Source: Octopus vulgaris (lineage: Eukaryota). Taken from it: 64,000 nucleotides of DNA. A program made the position numbers and the translations under genes. Every line of letters begins with the position of its first letter. Position 1 is the first letter of the stretch. The notes under the pieces were generated by a model that saw only the letters and a program-made list of their open reading frames with translations, was not told where the DNA came from and made no database searches. Below, piece by piece: positions 25,170 through 39,707 of the stretch. Where the stretch lies: positions 101,990,001 to 102,054,000 of the forward strand of contig OX597816.1 in assembly GCA_951406725.2 (NCBI GenBank), read 5' to 3'.

Positions 25170-26719
25170 CTGTAATAACTAATGAAAATCAAAACGTATA
25201 AGACCTGCTACTATGTGCTAAACTTCTAGAATCTCTAACAATAGTAAAAGCAGTATTACTCGTTTTCAAATCATATACCCACAATTGTTCACAACTTTAC
25301 AAAAATATAAACATAAAAGAAAACAAAATAATATAAACATCATATGCCCCTTTCTCCTGCTGTGTCACAGAACTTTGTACTGTCAGGCTTTTTATATATT
25401 CTATTTTGACCACATATATACATATATATATATATATATATTTTAAAACATTTGGTTTGGTATTGTGACCTTTGTACTTATTAGAATCTGTTCTAAAACA
25501 GCTGAGGTACTGACAGTTTATAGTAACACTAAAAAAAGGAGAAAAAAAAAGATGACTGATCACTGAATCACTCAAATGGATTGATAGAATCAGTAGGGTT
25601 GTTGGACAAAATACCTTGTTGCATTTAGTTAGTTATCTTTGGAGCTAATTTCTGGAGTTGGCAATAAAAACAAGGCATAATTACGTAAGTAATTTGTTTC
25701 AAGAAATGCAAACTTAACTTGATAAATGATGTTAACATGTAAAAATATTAAAAAATTTATATCAGCTTGTATCTATTTTAATAAATGGTCTGAACATATT
25801 TTCACATGTATTGCATCTAAATTTCTTCTTCGGTATTTGCTTTTAGGTGGTGTCTTTTATTTTAAATTTTATGCATTTAAATATGTTCCCTGAGATTGAC
25901 ATAAAGTCAAATGTATCAACTGAAGTCGAAGTTTATTTGTTCCATTAATGTTTTTATTTTTTTGAAAAAGAAAGCTATAAATTTGGAAATAACTTAATTG
26001 GAAACAATTAACTACAGCTGACCTTCTCCAAAGTGAGGCTTTGTATCTATCTTAGCTTCTTTTCTCAATCTCATGTATAAACATGCACACACACGCATGC
26101 ACACACATACATACACACGCACACATACACAATGCATTGTCCACAAGACAAGGGAACTGCTGAATAGTTACTTGACTTGCTAGAAATAGTAGTCAAAGCA
26201 CCCTCATCATATTAGACAATGGAGTTCCAGACAGATGCTCAATGATGGTATGGCTTTGATCATAAAACTACCCAACAGCACCAGTTGTGTATGTACACAA
26301 ATTCATCATTACTATTGGATACACTTGCAGGTTATAAAATGTGCCTCCTAAAATTTGCTTAACCAACAGAGACAAATGCAGATGTAAACACACACAAATG
26401 CACACACTTGCATGCACAAGCACACATGTGTGCACATGCACCCAGTCATGCACACACACAATATAAACCCACCGATGTGTACTCCTCACTCTGTAATAAC
26501 AGTAGAGGCAGAACAGTTTCTGTTACATGACAACAATATTTTGTATTATAAAACTAAACTCATGACATGAGGAATTAATAGCATTTTACTTAATCCAAAC
26601 TTTGAAGTTGAAATGCAAAGGAAATTGTGTCTGTCTAGCATCAAAACTGAATTATATGCCAAATCACTTGCTTTAACATTGAATTTTTGTAATGAATTAG
26701 AAGTCATTCACTTTTTTGT

Positions 26720-27125
26720 TTATCTTTTGTCTCTAACTTGTTTCAGCATTGGACTGCAGCCATGCTGGGGCACTGCTTTGAAGGGTTTAATTGAACAAAT
26801 TGATCCCAGCACTTATTTACTTAATCTTTTTTTATACCTGGTACTTATCTTGTTCATCTCATTTTGCTGAATTGTTAAGTTATGGGGACATAAACAAACC
26901 AATACCAGTTATCAAGTGACAAACACACATAGATATATATATACATACATATATATATATTTATGATGGGCTTCTTTCAGTTTCCATTTACTACATCCAC
27001 TTTCAAGGATTTGATTGACCTGAAGCTATAGTAGAATACACTTGTCCAAGGTATTGCACTAGGGACCGAACTCAAGGCCTCACAGCTGGGAAACAACCTT
27101 CTTAATCACACAGTCATACATGCTC
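26720..27125 (-). mobile_element. Family A SINE, old copy
   Basis: Similarity to 4192-4610. Confidence 0.7.
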
Positions 27126-27546
27126 CTAGTTGTTCATTTGTTCATTTGTGTCTATTTATTTTTTGTTTTGTTTTTTTTGTGGTTTTTGTTTTGTTTTGTT
27201 TTTTTGCTAGCATGTATTGGACAAGTATGTATTGAAACGTTGTTTTGCTGTTGCACATCTTTCCTAAAACTAACTTTTATCCACTTATCAAGTAATGGAT
27301 ATTTTTATTCCATGTGTCTTTGAAAGTGCAGAGCTACAGGGCAATCTGTCAGATATGTGTGTCAAAAAATACCACCAGTTCTTACATAGCAGTTTCCTCC
27401 TCCTCCTCCTCCTCATCATCATCATCATCATCATCATCACCACCACCAACACCACCACCACCACCAACACCACCACCACCATCATCATCATCATCATTTA
27501 ATATCCATATTCCATGCTGGCATGTATGTATGTATGTATGTATGTA

Positions 27547-27920
27547 TTCTTTTCCTTTATACTTTTCCTTGTTTCAGTCATTTTGATTGTAGCCATGCTG
27601 GAGCACAGCCTTGAAGGATTTTAGTCAAATAAATCAATCCCAGGACTTATTTTTTTAAAGCCTAATACTTATTCTATCAGTCTCTTTTGTTGGACCACTA
27701 AGTTATAGGACATAAACACTGGTTATCAAGTGGTGATGGGGGGCAGGGACAAACACAGACACAAAGACACACATAGATATATACATATATATATAAGACA
27801 GGCTTCTCTCAGTTTCTGTCGACCAAATCCACTCACAATGTTTTGGTCAACCAGAAGTTATACTAGAAGACACTTGCCCAAGGTGCCATGCAGTGGGACT
27901 GAATCCTGAATCATGTAGTA
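27547..27920 (-). mobile_element. Family A SINE
   Basis: Similarity to 4192-4610 along body and tail. Confidence 0.8.
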
Positions 27921-28811
27921 GGTATGTATGTATGTATGTTGGTAGGTAAATAAGAAGGTACATAGCTAGGTAGGTAAGTAGGTAGGTAGGTAGGTAGGTA
28001 GGTAGGTAGGTGTGTAGGTAGGTGTGTAGGTAGGTAGGTCGGTAGGTATCTTCATATTGAAGTCATCTCATGGCCAAGAAAAATATGAATAAATAATGGG
28101 ATGATCATAATTGGAATGTATTTAATCATAGGTCTGTTTGATCAGAGCTGAACTAGAGTCTACACAGCAGCAATAACAATAACAAACACACAAACAATGA
28201 GTTTATTAGCCACAATTAGCTAATAAGCAATTGATGCTTTCATTGTAAAACATATTTGAAGTGAAGCTATGCCATGGAAACAGTCAAGTAACTCTTTACC
28301 TATGATGTATTCCAAGCAACATCGCACCTAGTCATATCCACCACATGTCATCCTCCTCTCCATGCTAGTGCATTATCAATCTCCACCCATTTCAATGTCT
28401 TTATCCATATTCCCTCTCTCTCGTTTTCTTCCTCACCGACTTTCAATATCCACACACTTCATCATATCAAGTATACACGAGAAACCCTTAATCTAAACTA
28501 GGAATAAAAATAGATGATTTGCTCTACAACCCCCAAAGGCAAGGAAGTCCTTATCTAATCAGGGATTGAGCAAATCAGTGAAACCAAATTAATATCTATC
28601 TATCTAAACTTAACATGGCTTCTTCATTTCTTCAGTTTGGCTTGCGTCTGTGCTTGATGTTGCTGTTATTGTTGTTGATGCTTCTTGCCCTATAAAGATG
28701 ATATTTATATATTTTCATAGTATCTGTAACTTTCTATGACTGCATATGTGTGTCTGTGTGTGTGTGTATTTATGTGAGCATGTGTGTATATATGTATGTT
28801 GTGTATGTATG

Positions 28812-28866
<55 letters not shown>

Positions 28867-28923
28867 GTATGTATGTATTATGTATATGTATCTATCTATC
28901 TATCTATCTGTCTGTCCATCTAT

Positions 28924-28958
<35 letters not shown>

Positions 28959-28961
<3 letters not shown>

Positions 28962-29823
28962 GGTGTGGTGAATATATTGTCATCTAAATTACACAAAAAA
29001 ATAAAAATAACACTAGCATCTCATTTTAACAGATATATTTACCAAAATTACATAAAAATATCTTGAAATACTAATGAGTAAATTTATTCAATAAAATGGC
29101 CATTGACTTCAATCACAGGTTCCAGACGATTTTGGAATCTCCTGCAACTCTGAACAATCTCTTTGTTTAAGCTGGTGAATGCTGCCTTCATCCTTGCCTT
29201 CGGTTCATCTTTGCTGTTACAAGGAGTTTTGTTGGTCTCTCACTCAACTGCACCCCACACATAATAATCAAGGGGGTAACAGTCTGGAGAATTAAGTGGC
29301 CAGATGTTAGGGGTGATGTGGTCACAGAAATTTTCTGACAGCTATGACTGGGTTCTCCTGCTTGTGTGGCATGGTGCTGAGTCCTGTTGCTAGACACAGG
29401 GTCTTCCCGTAGCCACCTCCTTGACCCAGGGCAGTACTACCTTCTCTAAGCACTTGATGTAGGCCTCAGTGTTGAGTCTGAGGCCATGTGGGAAGATGAA
29501 TAGAGGCATTACATCACCATCGCTAGTCATTGGATGTTTGATTTTTATCACTCTCAATACAGGTTTTGGGGACATGGCAAGGCAACAGTTGTTCTGTATG
29601 TTCACTATCTGTTCGTATTGGAGCGTCTGGCGTGAATGCTAAACAGTACAGTATGTCATTTCCAAATATCTGGCAGAATGAATTGCATCATTGTGCTGTT
29701 TTTCTCACAGACAGTGCCCGACTGACCCTGCTATACTGTGTAGTTGATGAAATAAAAAAACAAACAATGCACACACACAAAATTAAAAATATAAAATGGC
29801 AACAATTTACCCATCACACCCTG
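28959..29823 (-). mobile_element. Internally deleted DD37D (maT) Tc1/mariner-superfamily transposon
   Basis: TIRs CAGGGTGTG(G/A)TG in TA tracts; SDGDVMPLFIFPHGLRLNTEAY...QQDSAPCHTS...SPDCYPLDYYVWG with 37 residues between the last two Asp. Confidence 0.85.
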
Positions 29824-29863
<40 letters not shown>

Positions 29864-30559
29864 AGTGTAAGCACTAAGGTATATATCAAAACATCTGCAG
29901 ATGTTACATGTGAATCTCCTTTATCATCTTTTCATTGAATTTCCCACACCCACAATATTTAATCAAGTCTTGTCAGCAGGAAATACTTCTTTTTCACCTT
30001 CTGAAAACTAAATGCAACATTTTCACATAGAATCTAATTTTATACCTCAACAGAGACTCACTTGATTTCTAGAAATAAAGTATCAGCATTGAGTATTTGC
30101 ATTCACATGTGTGGGTGTAAGATGGGACCTACTGATATGACTTGCACTAAATACATAGTAAAGATATGTAGCTTAATGGTTAGAGTAATAGGCCCACAAT
30201 TGTTAGGTTATGGGTTCAATTCTCAGACTGAGAAGTGTATTATGTCCTTGTGTAAAGCATTTTATTTCACAATGCTCCAGTACATTCAATTAAAAATGAG
30301 TATCAGAGGTACTAGCGGGGATTAACCTTCTAATGAACCAGTAGCACATTCAGGGGCAGTTTTCTACTCTTAACCTAAGTGCCATGAAAATCTAAATAAA
30401 GCTCTGGCCTCATGAACCATTGGCTTGAGGCAGGAAAAAAAACAAAAAAACACTACAGCAATATTTCTCAAACTTTTTACCCCACAGCTCACTTGTATAT
30501 ATGATGATTGCCACTTCTTTACAGAAGAAGGCCATTTCTTTGATTAATAAATACTGTCA

Positions 30560-33290
30560 TGAGATCTTAGATGACTAGCAAGTCCTGCTCTTGACAAGCA
30601 AACTCTACTGCAGATCTCACAAAGTGTCTGGGATTGTAGTTAAGTCCTGTCTACAAAGTGCTCATTTCAAGATAGATTGTTCAATTCTTCGAGCTTCAAA
30701 TGCTTTTCATCTATTGTAGATCATTTGTTTAAAAACCAATCAATCTTATGTCATCTGCTCCCAATCTTCAACTTTCACATTAAGAGCCTTAATGTTGCTT
30801 TTGACAGCATCCCTAAAACGTTTCTTAGGTTTATAGTTTTCCACACTACAACTCACCGTAAAACAACTGCTTTGGCAACCTGTCATCCTGCATTCTAGGA
30901 AGGTGCCCAACTCAATGCATCTGATTGCGTATGAGGATCATTTCAATACTGGATGTGTTAGCTTGCTGAAGAACAATATTGTCTGGTGTTAAAGACTTCC
31001 ATTTGACGTCTAGTATCCTCCTTAGGGAAGTCTGATGGAATCTTTCTAAAGCCTTGATGTGGCACCAATATGTCATCCAGGTCTCAGAAGAGTACAGGAG
31101 GACCGTTAAAATGCAAAATTCATAGCTACTAAGCTTGGTTTTGAAGGTGATACCTCTATCAGACCACACACAATTTTCAAGCCTTCCAAATATTTTGCTG
31201 GCTTTTTCAATTCTCAGGTTTATTTTGGAATCAAAGGATCCATCTCTAGAGAGAGTGCTGCCAAAGTAGATGAACAAGTCAACCATATCTAATCTTCTAC
31301 CCTGGACAAAGATGTTAGGTTCCACATAGGGTTGGCCTGATGGCTGAAATAACATGATCTTTGTTTTCTTTAGACTGATGGTAAGTCCAAAAACTATACA
31401 AGCTCTAGAAAAGAGATCCAATATAGCCTGCATATCCTCCTCGGTGTGAGCAATGAGAACTACATCATCAGCATAATGGAGCTCTCGAACAAGGGCCTAG
31501 AATGTCTTTGACTTTGCATTAAAGCATTTAACATCAAAGATCTTACCTGTGGTTCTGAAGTGAATATAGATGCCAATATCACAGTTTTGGAAAGCATGCA
31601 AGTTAGTTACAGCAAAATATATGGAAAAAAGTGTTGGAGCAGCAATATCACCTTATTTAACTCCCTTATCGATGGACATTAGTTCCGATAGTGACCCATT
31701 GAAGTTAAGATGAGCTTTCGTATCACTTTGAAGTTACTTAAATAAGTTGACAAACTGAGGTGGGCATCCAAGTTTACCAAGAATGGTCCAGAGAACAGTC
31801 CTATTAAGAGTGTTGAAGGCTTTTGTTAAATCGACAAATACCTGGTAAAGAGCTGTGCGATGTTCGATGCATTTCCATTGTGCCACGACTTGATCTAAAA
31901 CCACACTAACTCTCTGGGATGACAGAGTGGCATATCCATATTGTTAGCTGATTAAGTAAAAGTTTTGCAAAAACCTTACCGACTATTTCAAGCAGACTTA
32001 TACCTCTGTAATTGTCACACTCAGATTTAGATCTTTTTCCTTTGAACAATGAAATTAAAATGGCATCAACCTAGTCCTGGGGAACAGGAGCACCCAACCA
32101 GATGTCTGATATTAGATAGTGGATCTCTACAGCAAGTTCATTACCCCCGTGGAGGGGGATTTCAACAGGAATACCGTCAAGACCTGATGCCTTCCCAGTA
32201 TTTAATTCTTTGATTGTCTTTTTGATCTCATCTGCAGTTGAATGTTCCATCATCTCACGAATCCTTTTGGGGCAGATTACTGATGACATTTTCATCAATA
32301 ACTGGAGGATTATAAAAGAGATCAGTGAAATGCTCAGTCCTACATTTCATGATATTCTCATGATCCTTGAAGAGAAAGCAGCTGTCTTTAGACTTGAGTG
32401 GTACCACAAATGAAGACCGAGGACCAAACACTTGTCTGATCAAGTGATATACTGTTTTCAGGTCTTTACTGTTACAGGCTTTATGGATTTTTTCAGAAAT
32501 ATCTGACCACTATTTGTTTTTCATTTGTCATATCTTTCTTTGGAGTGATGATTTTATCCTTTTGAGAGACTGCAGTAAGAGCTTTTTATCCTCATCTGGG
32601 GCACCAAGGTATTTTTGGTGCAACTTATTTTTATCTTCACGAAGTTTATTGATTTGTAGATCGCTTTCATCAAACCAGTCCTGATGTTTTCTGTTTCTGA
32701 GATCAAAAACCTCAGCTCCAACATTGTAAATAGTGGTCTTAAACTGAAACCAAGATCAATCAAATTCCACTTCTCCAGTAGCATTTCTAAGATTTGCCTG
32801 CATCTTAGAGTCCCTTAATTTCAACACATCAATTATGTTTAGGGACTTTTATTCCTCCAGATCTTATTTTATGCATGATGCGGAGTTTCGATTTACCTTG
32901 TATGAGCATATGGTCAGTCCCACATTCTGCACCTTGCATGACTCGGACAATGCAAACATCTGGAAGGTCTCATTTCCTGGTGATAAGGTAATCAAGAATA
33001 TGCCCATGTCTGGATCTTGGGTGTATCCAGGTAGCTTTATGGATATCCTTCTGATAAAAAACAGTGCTGCAGATGATGTGATCAAGTTCAGTGCAAAGCT
33101 GAAGACAGAGACCATTAGCATTCATTTTGCCCAAACCATATCTCCCTAGTGCATCGCAGGTCTCATAATCGCGTCCAACACAAGCATTGAAATCACCAAG
33201 AAGGAGGAACACTGGGGTCAAAATAATCAACTGCCCTTTGTTCAAGAAAAATGAGAGCTCATTGCCATATTAGTGCATCATACATGTCCT
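30560..33290 (-). mobile_element. RTE-clade LINE, decayed APE endonuclease plus RT
   Basis: LLGDFNACVG and TWIHPRSRHGHILDY (APE); GKASGLDGIP, VFVDLTKAFN, GVK*GDIAAPTLF, ELHYADD (about 31464-31484), LLYSSETW; many stops and frameshifts. Confidence 0.92.
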
Positions 33291-34194
33291 GTTATTGATG
33301 TCTTTGCCATTTTCCCAAGCGGCAGGCTTTTGTTTTTAATTCTAAGCTGACTAAAAGATTGTGTAAGGAATAAATAATCAGTTAAAGATTACATACACAT
33401 TCAATGAAGACTTAAAATTTAGTCAGCTTTTTTTTTTTTGCACTTAGTGAAATGAAGAATGCGACTAGTTGTACCTAAAAACATTGCAGTTGGTGTATAG
33501 TTAGAGAATGCAGAAATATATTTAGGTTGACTTGGAGTGAAACTAACAATCTGAATTGGAAAGATAATTGACTATTTGGTTGTCTAATGTACTGTTAATG
33601 TACTGTTTTTATTGCTTTCTTGATTAATTCAAGTTTCTTAATGTTATTTCTTTGAACTGTTGAGAGATCTGACACTTGTTATGGTTTTCTTTGTTGTATG
33701 GTATTAAAGAAAAAGGAACAAACAAGAAAACTGTTGTTTTTTTTTATTCCAAGAGACAGTTGTAAATCCAAGTGGCTGGGAAAAGAAGAGACATTATTGC
33801 CCAAAAGATGGCACCAGTGATTCCAAAGACTTGTGTTCAATGATGTAATAGACTAATACTAATAATGTTCCTTCACTGATTATTGTTAATGTCGTTGCTT
33901 AGCTTCCAGGTCAGACCTGATTGAACAGACCTGTGACTATTAACATTCCAGGAAGAACTAACTTGACATTTTTTTATGTGCAGGGAGCTGAAGACCATAT
34001 TATCCACTGTGCTATTCATTTTAAGATGGTAGATGTGTGATGCGAGGGCTATTTGGCTGCTATTTCTAACATGAAGAGCAACTACATAGTGTCTCTGGTT
34101 GTTTGGTTTGTCTTTCATTGGTGGTGAACAGTGACGAAAATACTTTAATTTCAGTATTTCCCCCAATATACTTGCCTAGGCTGCCATATTGAAC

Positions 34195-35180
34195 TCTATA
34201 AAACATCCTGAATATCACACTAAACTACACATTAATTATCCTGACTGACACACAACACTTCACAGAATATGTCCTGAATGTCCCACTACACTACACATAG
34301 ACTGTTCTGTATAAGCACTACATTCCATTGTGTATGTCCTCATTACCAAAATCCACTCCATACAACATTCTCACTTTAACAGCCATACCCCATCTCATTC
34401 AATATTTCATGACATCTGCTCTGTACATAACATATCCTGCTGGCCATACTGCACCCACACAAGTCCAAACTGTCATGCAACATTCCACGCAACATATACT
34501 GAGTGCCATACTACAACCCCACCCCACCACCAACAACAACTTCTCCTAACTGCTACACTATTCACCAGATAACATGGTTTGATAATCATACAATATCCCA
34601 CATAACATGAATTTCCAGCATACTTCACCTTACTTAACATGTCCTGAGCATGTCCGATAAGTTCACCATCATCAATTCATTGGTTTTTCGACAATAGAAT
34701 AGTCTTTAACTATTAATGGTGAGATCCTTTTTCTTTCATTTCATTTCATCTAGTTTCAGCTCACGAGCTGTGGTCATGCTGGGGCACCGCTATATACTAT
34801 GGATATATTTTCTCAGTAAACTTTCTTTGCAGTGAACTTTGCTCATAGTGAACTTCCTTCACGGTGAATTGATGGTGGTAAACTCTCCTGCAATAACTTG
34901 ATGGTAGTGAACTTACCTGTAATCATCCTGACAGTCACACTACACACTTCATACAAGGCAACTAGACTACCATACTCATTACCACACAATATATCCCAAC
35001 AGCTACTCTACATCCTATATAACACTTCTTGATTGTCACCCTACACCCTTCGTGATCAAACCTGTCACACTACAATCCATACAATATGATCAGACTATAC
35101 CATACGCCAAACCATTTAACATGTTTTGATACTCAGATTATGTCCCACATAATATACAGGTCACACTATACCTCCCTCAG
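34195..35180. repeat. Old degenerate minisatellite (about 33-36 bp unit)
   Basis: Recurrent ACAT.TCCTGA.TGTCACACTACAC motif. Confidence 0.55.
34656..34917. mobile_element. MITE-like element with subterminal GTGAACTT repeats and a SINE tail inside
   Basis: TAAGTTCACCATCATCAA vs TTGATGGTAGTGAACTTA; about six GT(G/A)AAC units at roughly 15-bp spacing in 34816-34915. Confidence 0.55.
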
Positions 35181-36799
35181 TATATTGTAACGATCTAGTC
35201 ATTCCTCATTCTCACAAACCACGAACAGGGCTGTCACAGTTTATGGCCAATTTGCAGTTCACTGTGTATTCACTAAGTTTACAGTAAGATATTTTTACAT
35301 ACTGTGCATGTAGAAAATAACCTTTTAGGTTGAAAATGATGATGTGTATGTTGAAGAAGATAATGATGATAATGTTAAGTATACTAATGAAAGTAAATAT
35401 AATGATTAATGAGAAATAAGTTTTGTTTATAATAATTAGAAACTGATCATATATTAAATATACACTCAAGTGACAGTGTGACAGTTAGAATCTTCCTTGT
35501 TCTCTCCCTCACAACCATATATGATATCATCAATACAGAATGATAGATATAGTAGTCAGAAATTTATAGTGAAGCTATAGAAACAAGAATCAGTCATATT
35601 TGTCCAGTGAAATGTCATACCATAGAATACAAAGATGGACAAAATGCCACTGAGCATTTTACCTGGTGTGTTAACAATTCTGCCAGCTCACCACCTTATA
35701 TGCCTAAATAGATATTAGTGATGAGTAAATAATACTGAAGTCTATTAGCAACAACTTTGAACATACACTAATTGAGATTTACTGTTAACAACAAATCTTT
35801 CAGTACATCTGTTTTTGAGTAAGGATGTTAATGCTAACAACCTACTTTAACAGAGCTCTTCTAAGTAGTAAACAAAAGATATTTAGAAACAAATGATGAT
35901 GCCAAATCCAACTGATGCCAGTAAACATAGCAGCCTTGTGTATGGCACACATATTTTTTTTCCATGTGCAGTGAATGTCGAAGTAGAAGGTAACCTAAGT
36001 TTACTTTCAAGTTAGCAAATGAGATTTCTGGCAACAATTTTAATATAGAACTACAAGGCTCCAAAATAGACCACACTGTTTAAACATGTGAGAATTATGT
36101 AAGAAATATAATTCAAGGTAACAATCTAATCTAGTCTATGTAGCACACACCTGACTACCCATAAAAAAAGGAATTTCTATGTAGTTGTTGATCTTGTTAG
36201 AAATAGTAGCCAATTTCCCTTTATATCATACTGTCTTAAAAATAGAGAAGGATGCATTCAATAATGTAGTTATAGATAGCCTTCACACACAAGCACATAC
36301 ACAGACACAGACACGCACTCATGCACAAGCACTCACACACACACACAACACGCACACAACACGCACACAAATGGAACTGTCATCATGGCTGGAATGTCTT
36401 TTGATCATAGGTTTTCTCAGTTAAGACGACTTAGAAACATCAGCAACCTTCCAGGATAATATTTATCAAGCTTATTTAGCCGTGGAACCTTCATAGGATC
36501 TTCCAAAAACCACACAGCCCGTTCCTTTATCATCAGCATCATTGTCATCATTGACATTAGCTCCAGCCCTCACCTGTTTCCAGGCAAGGAAATATTTTCT
36601 TATGACCAGACACAAAAGATCACAAGCAAGAAATACCACTTGTTTACAACTGTCACATGATGCTAAGGCAAGGAGACAGTAACAGACACGTGCAGGGACA
36701 TATGATATACATATATACACAATAAGCTTCTTAAAGTTTCTATCTACCAGATCCACTCACAATGATTTGTTCAGCATGGAAATTACATACATATATTTA

Positions 36800-36815
36800 T
36801 GTATGTTGTATGTAC

Positions 36816-36846
<31 letters not shown>

Positions 36847-37042
36847 TGTATGTATGTATGTATGTATGTATGTATGTATGTATGTATGTATGTATGTATG
36901 TATGTATGTATGTATGTATGTATGTATGTATGTGTGTATGTGTGTATGTATGTATGTATGTATGTATGTTTGTATGTTTGTATGTATGTGTGTATGTGTG
37001 TATGTATGTATGTATGTATGTATGTATGTATGTATGTATGTA
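36800..37042. repeat. (TATG)n microsatellite
   Basis: Direct reading. Confidence 0.95.
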
Positions 37043-39024
37043 CTCTTCTAGTAACCAACGCTCACCTGTTTTCAGGTGAGTAATTTTTTCTAAGACTAGA
37101 CGTGTTTACATGGAAGATTGGAAATGAAGGACATTGCATGCAGACAGTGACACAACTACCACACAATGTAAAGACATGGGAGAACAGTAACACATACTCA
37201 TATACATACATGTGTGTGCATGTGTGCGTATATATAATGTGTATATACACACAAGTTTCATTTAGTCCTCATGTACCAAGTCCACTTACAAGGCTTTGGT
37301 CAGCTTGGAGAAATATTAGATTTACCCCAAGGTGCCATGCTGTGGAACTGAACCCAGAACCATGTGGTTTAGAATCAGACATTTTACCACACAGCTATGA
37401 ATGATGCTGTGATATCTATTTCAACTCTTTATATTCAGAGTTCTTGGGTTATAGACTTAATCTGTCATCCAGGTTAACACCACTGCCTGGTTCTTGGGTG
37501 ACTTTACAGGCATTCACTCTGTTGCATGCACTTGGGCTATGCATTTCCATGCTTTCATAGAAAAAAAAAACAAGCATTAATAACAGTATCAGTAACAATC
37601 ACTATGAATAAAGCACTGACTACATCACCAATAACAACAACAATAACTGCAACAGCTAGCCTTAACAACAGCAAAAGTAACAAAAACAACAGCAACAACA
37701 AAAATAATAACAGTAACCATAGCAATAATAACACCAGTCACAATCAGAGCAACAAACAGTGAACATAAAATCCTTCATTCCAACTCCCTACTTCACAGCA
37801 TCAACACCTCCCTTCCCTTTGCTCTGTGAGTGATGCAAGCAATGATGAGGGGGATGAAATGCTGACGATGACAGTGATGATGAAGAGGAATATGATTGCA
37901 ATGAGGATGATGATAGAAAAGAATTCATTAACTGCTACCACTTGATGGAATTTAGTGTTTAGCTAATGGCAAGCAGCCAGAATAGTTTATCACTCAAACA
38001 ATATGCAATCTTCTGCTTTGTTCTTTGTTCTAACCTTGGTGTCTTAGAATTCCTCTGCAACTACAGTTTTATATTACACCCCATCCATCTTACCGTCTCA
38101 CCCCTACCTGAAGAAGTTGTTAGCATTATATTTTGGGCAGTTGATAGATTCAAGAGTTTAACTAGATACACACTGCTCTCCACCCCCATATTCACTCTCT
38201 TTCACTCACTAACTCTCTCCATACAGCTTCTCTGCCACCTTAACACATTCTCATCTCCCTCTCCTAGCCTCCACCATCTCTACAATACCCTCTCTCTTTC
38301 TTTCACTGATCCTCTTCCCACAGCTTCTCCAGCTTCTCACCCCCTCATCTCTAGCTATCTTTCACACATCTCTCCACCCACCTGCTCATATTAACCTATA
38401 TAACCTGGGGTAGCATGAGATCCTTCTTATGCATTCTACTCCATTCATCATCCTTACCACTTCACCTCTCTCCCTTTCTCATTAGCCCCTGCACTACTCT
38501 TTCACTTCTGTTATTCCTTCAACACTGTCTCTCTCTAATCTCTTCACGACCACCCTTTCGCAACATACTTCTCAACACCTCATCTAAATTCATCACTCTT
38601 CCACCTGTTCTTCCTCTCAGACAGGGTAGGTGAGTGGGTCTTTAGTCATACTAATTACAAGGTGACCTCACTACTGCTGACACCATGAAATGAAAAACCC
38701 AGTTCACTCTGCTTGCTAATCAGACACAGACAACTGACTCAGGAAAACTCTTTAGTCTCTCCAAGAGCACAACAAGTGCTGTTGTGCAGTTATCATGTAA
38801 TATGAGTCCACTACACTCTGTAAAATTGTTAGTGTGGAGGAGAGCATCCACCTGTAGATACCATGCCAAAACTGAAACACTTGAGTTTAACATAGTCTTC
38901 CAACCCACTGAGTCCATTCAAACTGTCCAATCCCTTTCAGCATGGAAAATGGACATAAAAATCATGATGGTGATAATACACACACACACACACGGGCACA
39001 CACAAACATGCACACACACACTCA

Positions 39025-39057
<33 letters not shown>

Positions 39058-39143
39058 GTACGCACACACCCATAAATATATGTATAATTAATGTTTGTGT
39101 GCATATCTATATGTGTATGTATGTATGAGTGTGTACAAATACA

Positions 39144-39196
<53 letters not shown>

Positions 39197-39198
<2 letters not shown>

Positions 39199-39584
39199 AT
39201 GATAGCTGCAGGCAGGGTTGTATGGTTAAGAAGCTTGCTTCCTAATGACGTAGACTTGAGGTTCAGTTAGTGTGCATGTTCAACAGTGTGTGTAAGCATT
39301 TTGAGAGAAAAGTTGGGCATAAGAGGCATCAGATGTGGTGAGCAAGAGAGACAACTGCACTGGTATGGTCATGTGATGCATATGGATGAGGACAGCTGTG
39401 TAAAAGAGTGCCAATCTCTAACTGTGGAAGGAACTTGTAGTAGAGGTAGGCCCAGGAAGACATGGGATGAGGGGGAGAAGCATGATCTTTGGGCCTCATG
39501 GAGGCAAAGTGGCCGATGCCAATGGCATGTGAAATGCTCCTTTTGAGTGTTGGGCCACACAGAGGCAATGATCAAGACCTTTGG
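39197..39584 (+). mobile_element. SINE-head/RTE C-terminal chimera, copy 1
   Basis: tRNA-like head to GGTTCAGT, then LREKLGIRGIRCG.QERQLHWYGHVMHMDEDSCVK...RGRPRKTW. Confidence 0.8.
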
Positions 39585-39668
39585 TGTCCTGTACACATAT
39601 ATGCGTGTATATGTACATGTAGAGGTAGGTACGTACATATATGTTTATATATATGCATATATTTTATT

Positions 39669-39705
<37 letters not shown>

Positions 39706-39707
<2 letters not shown>

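Noticed and set aside
37061-37081. CTCACCTG-TTTT-CAGGTGAGT hairpin / AG|GT recursive splice site
   Set aside because: Derived from a repeat tail (compare CTCACCTGTTTCCAGG at about 36570); likely coincidental
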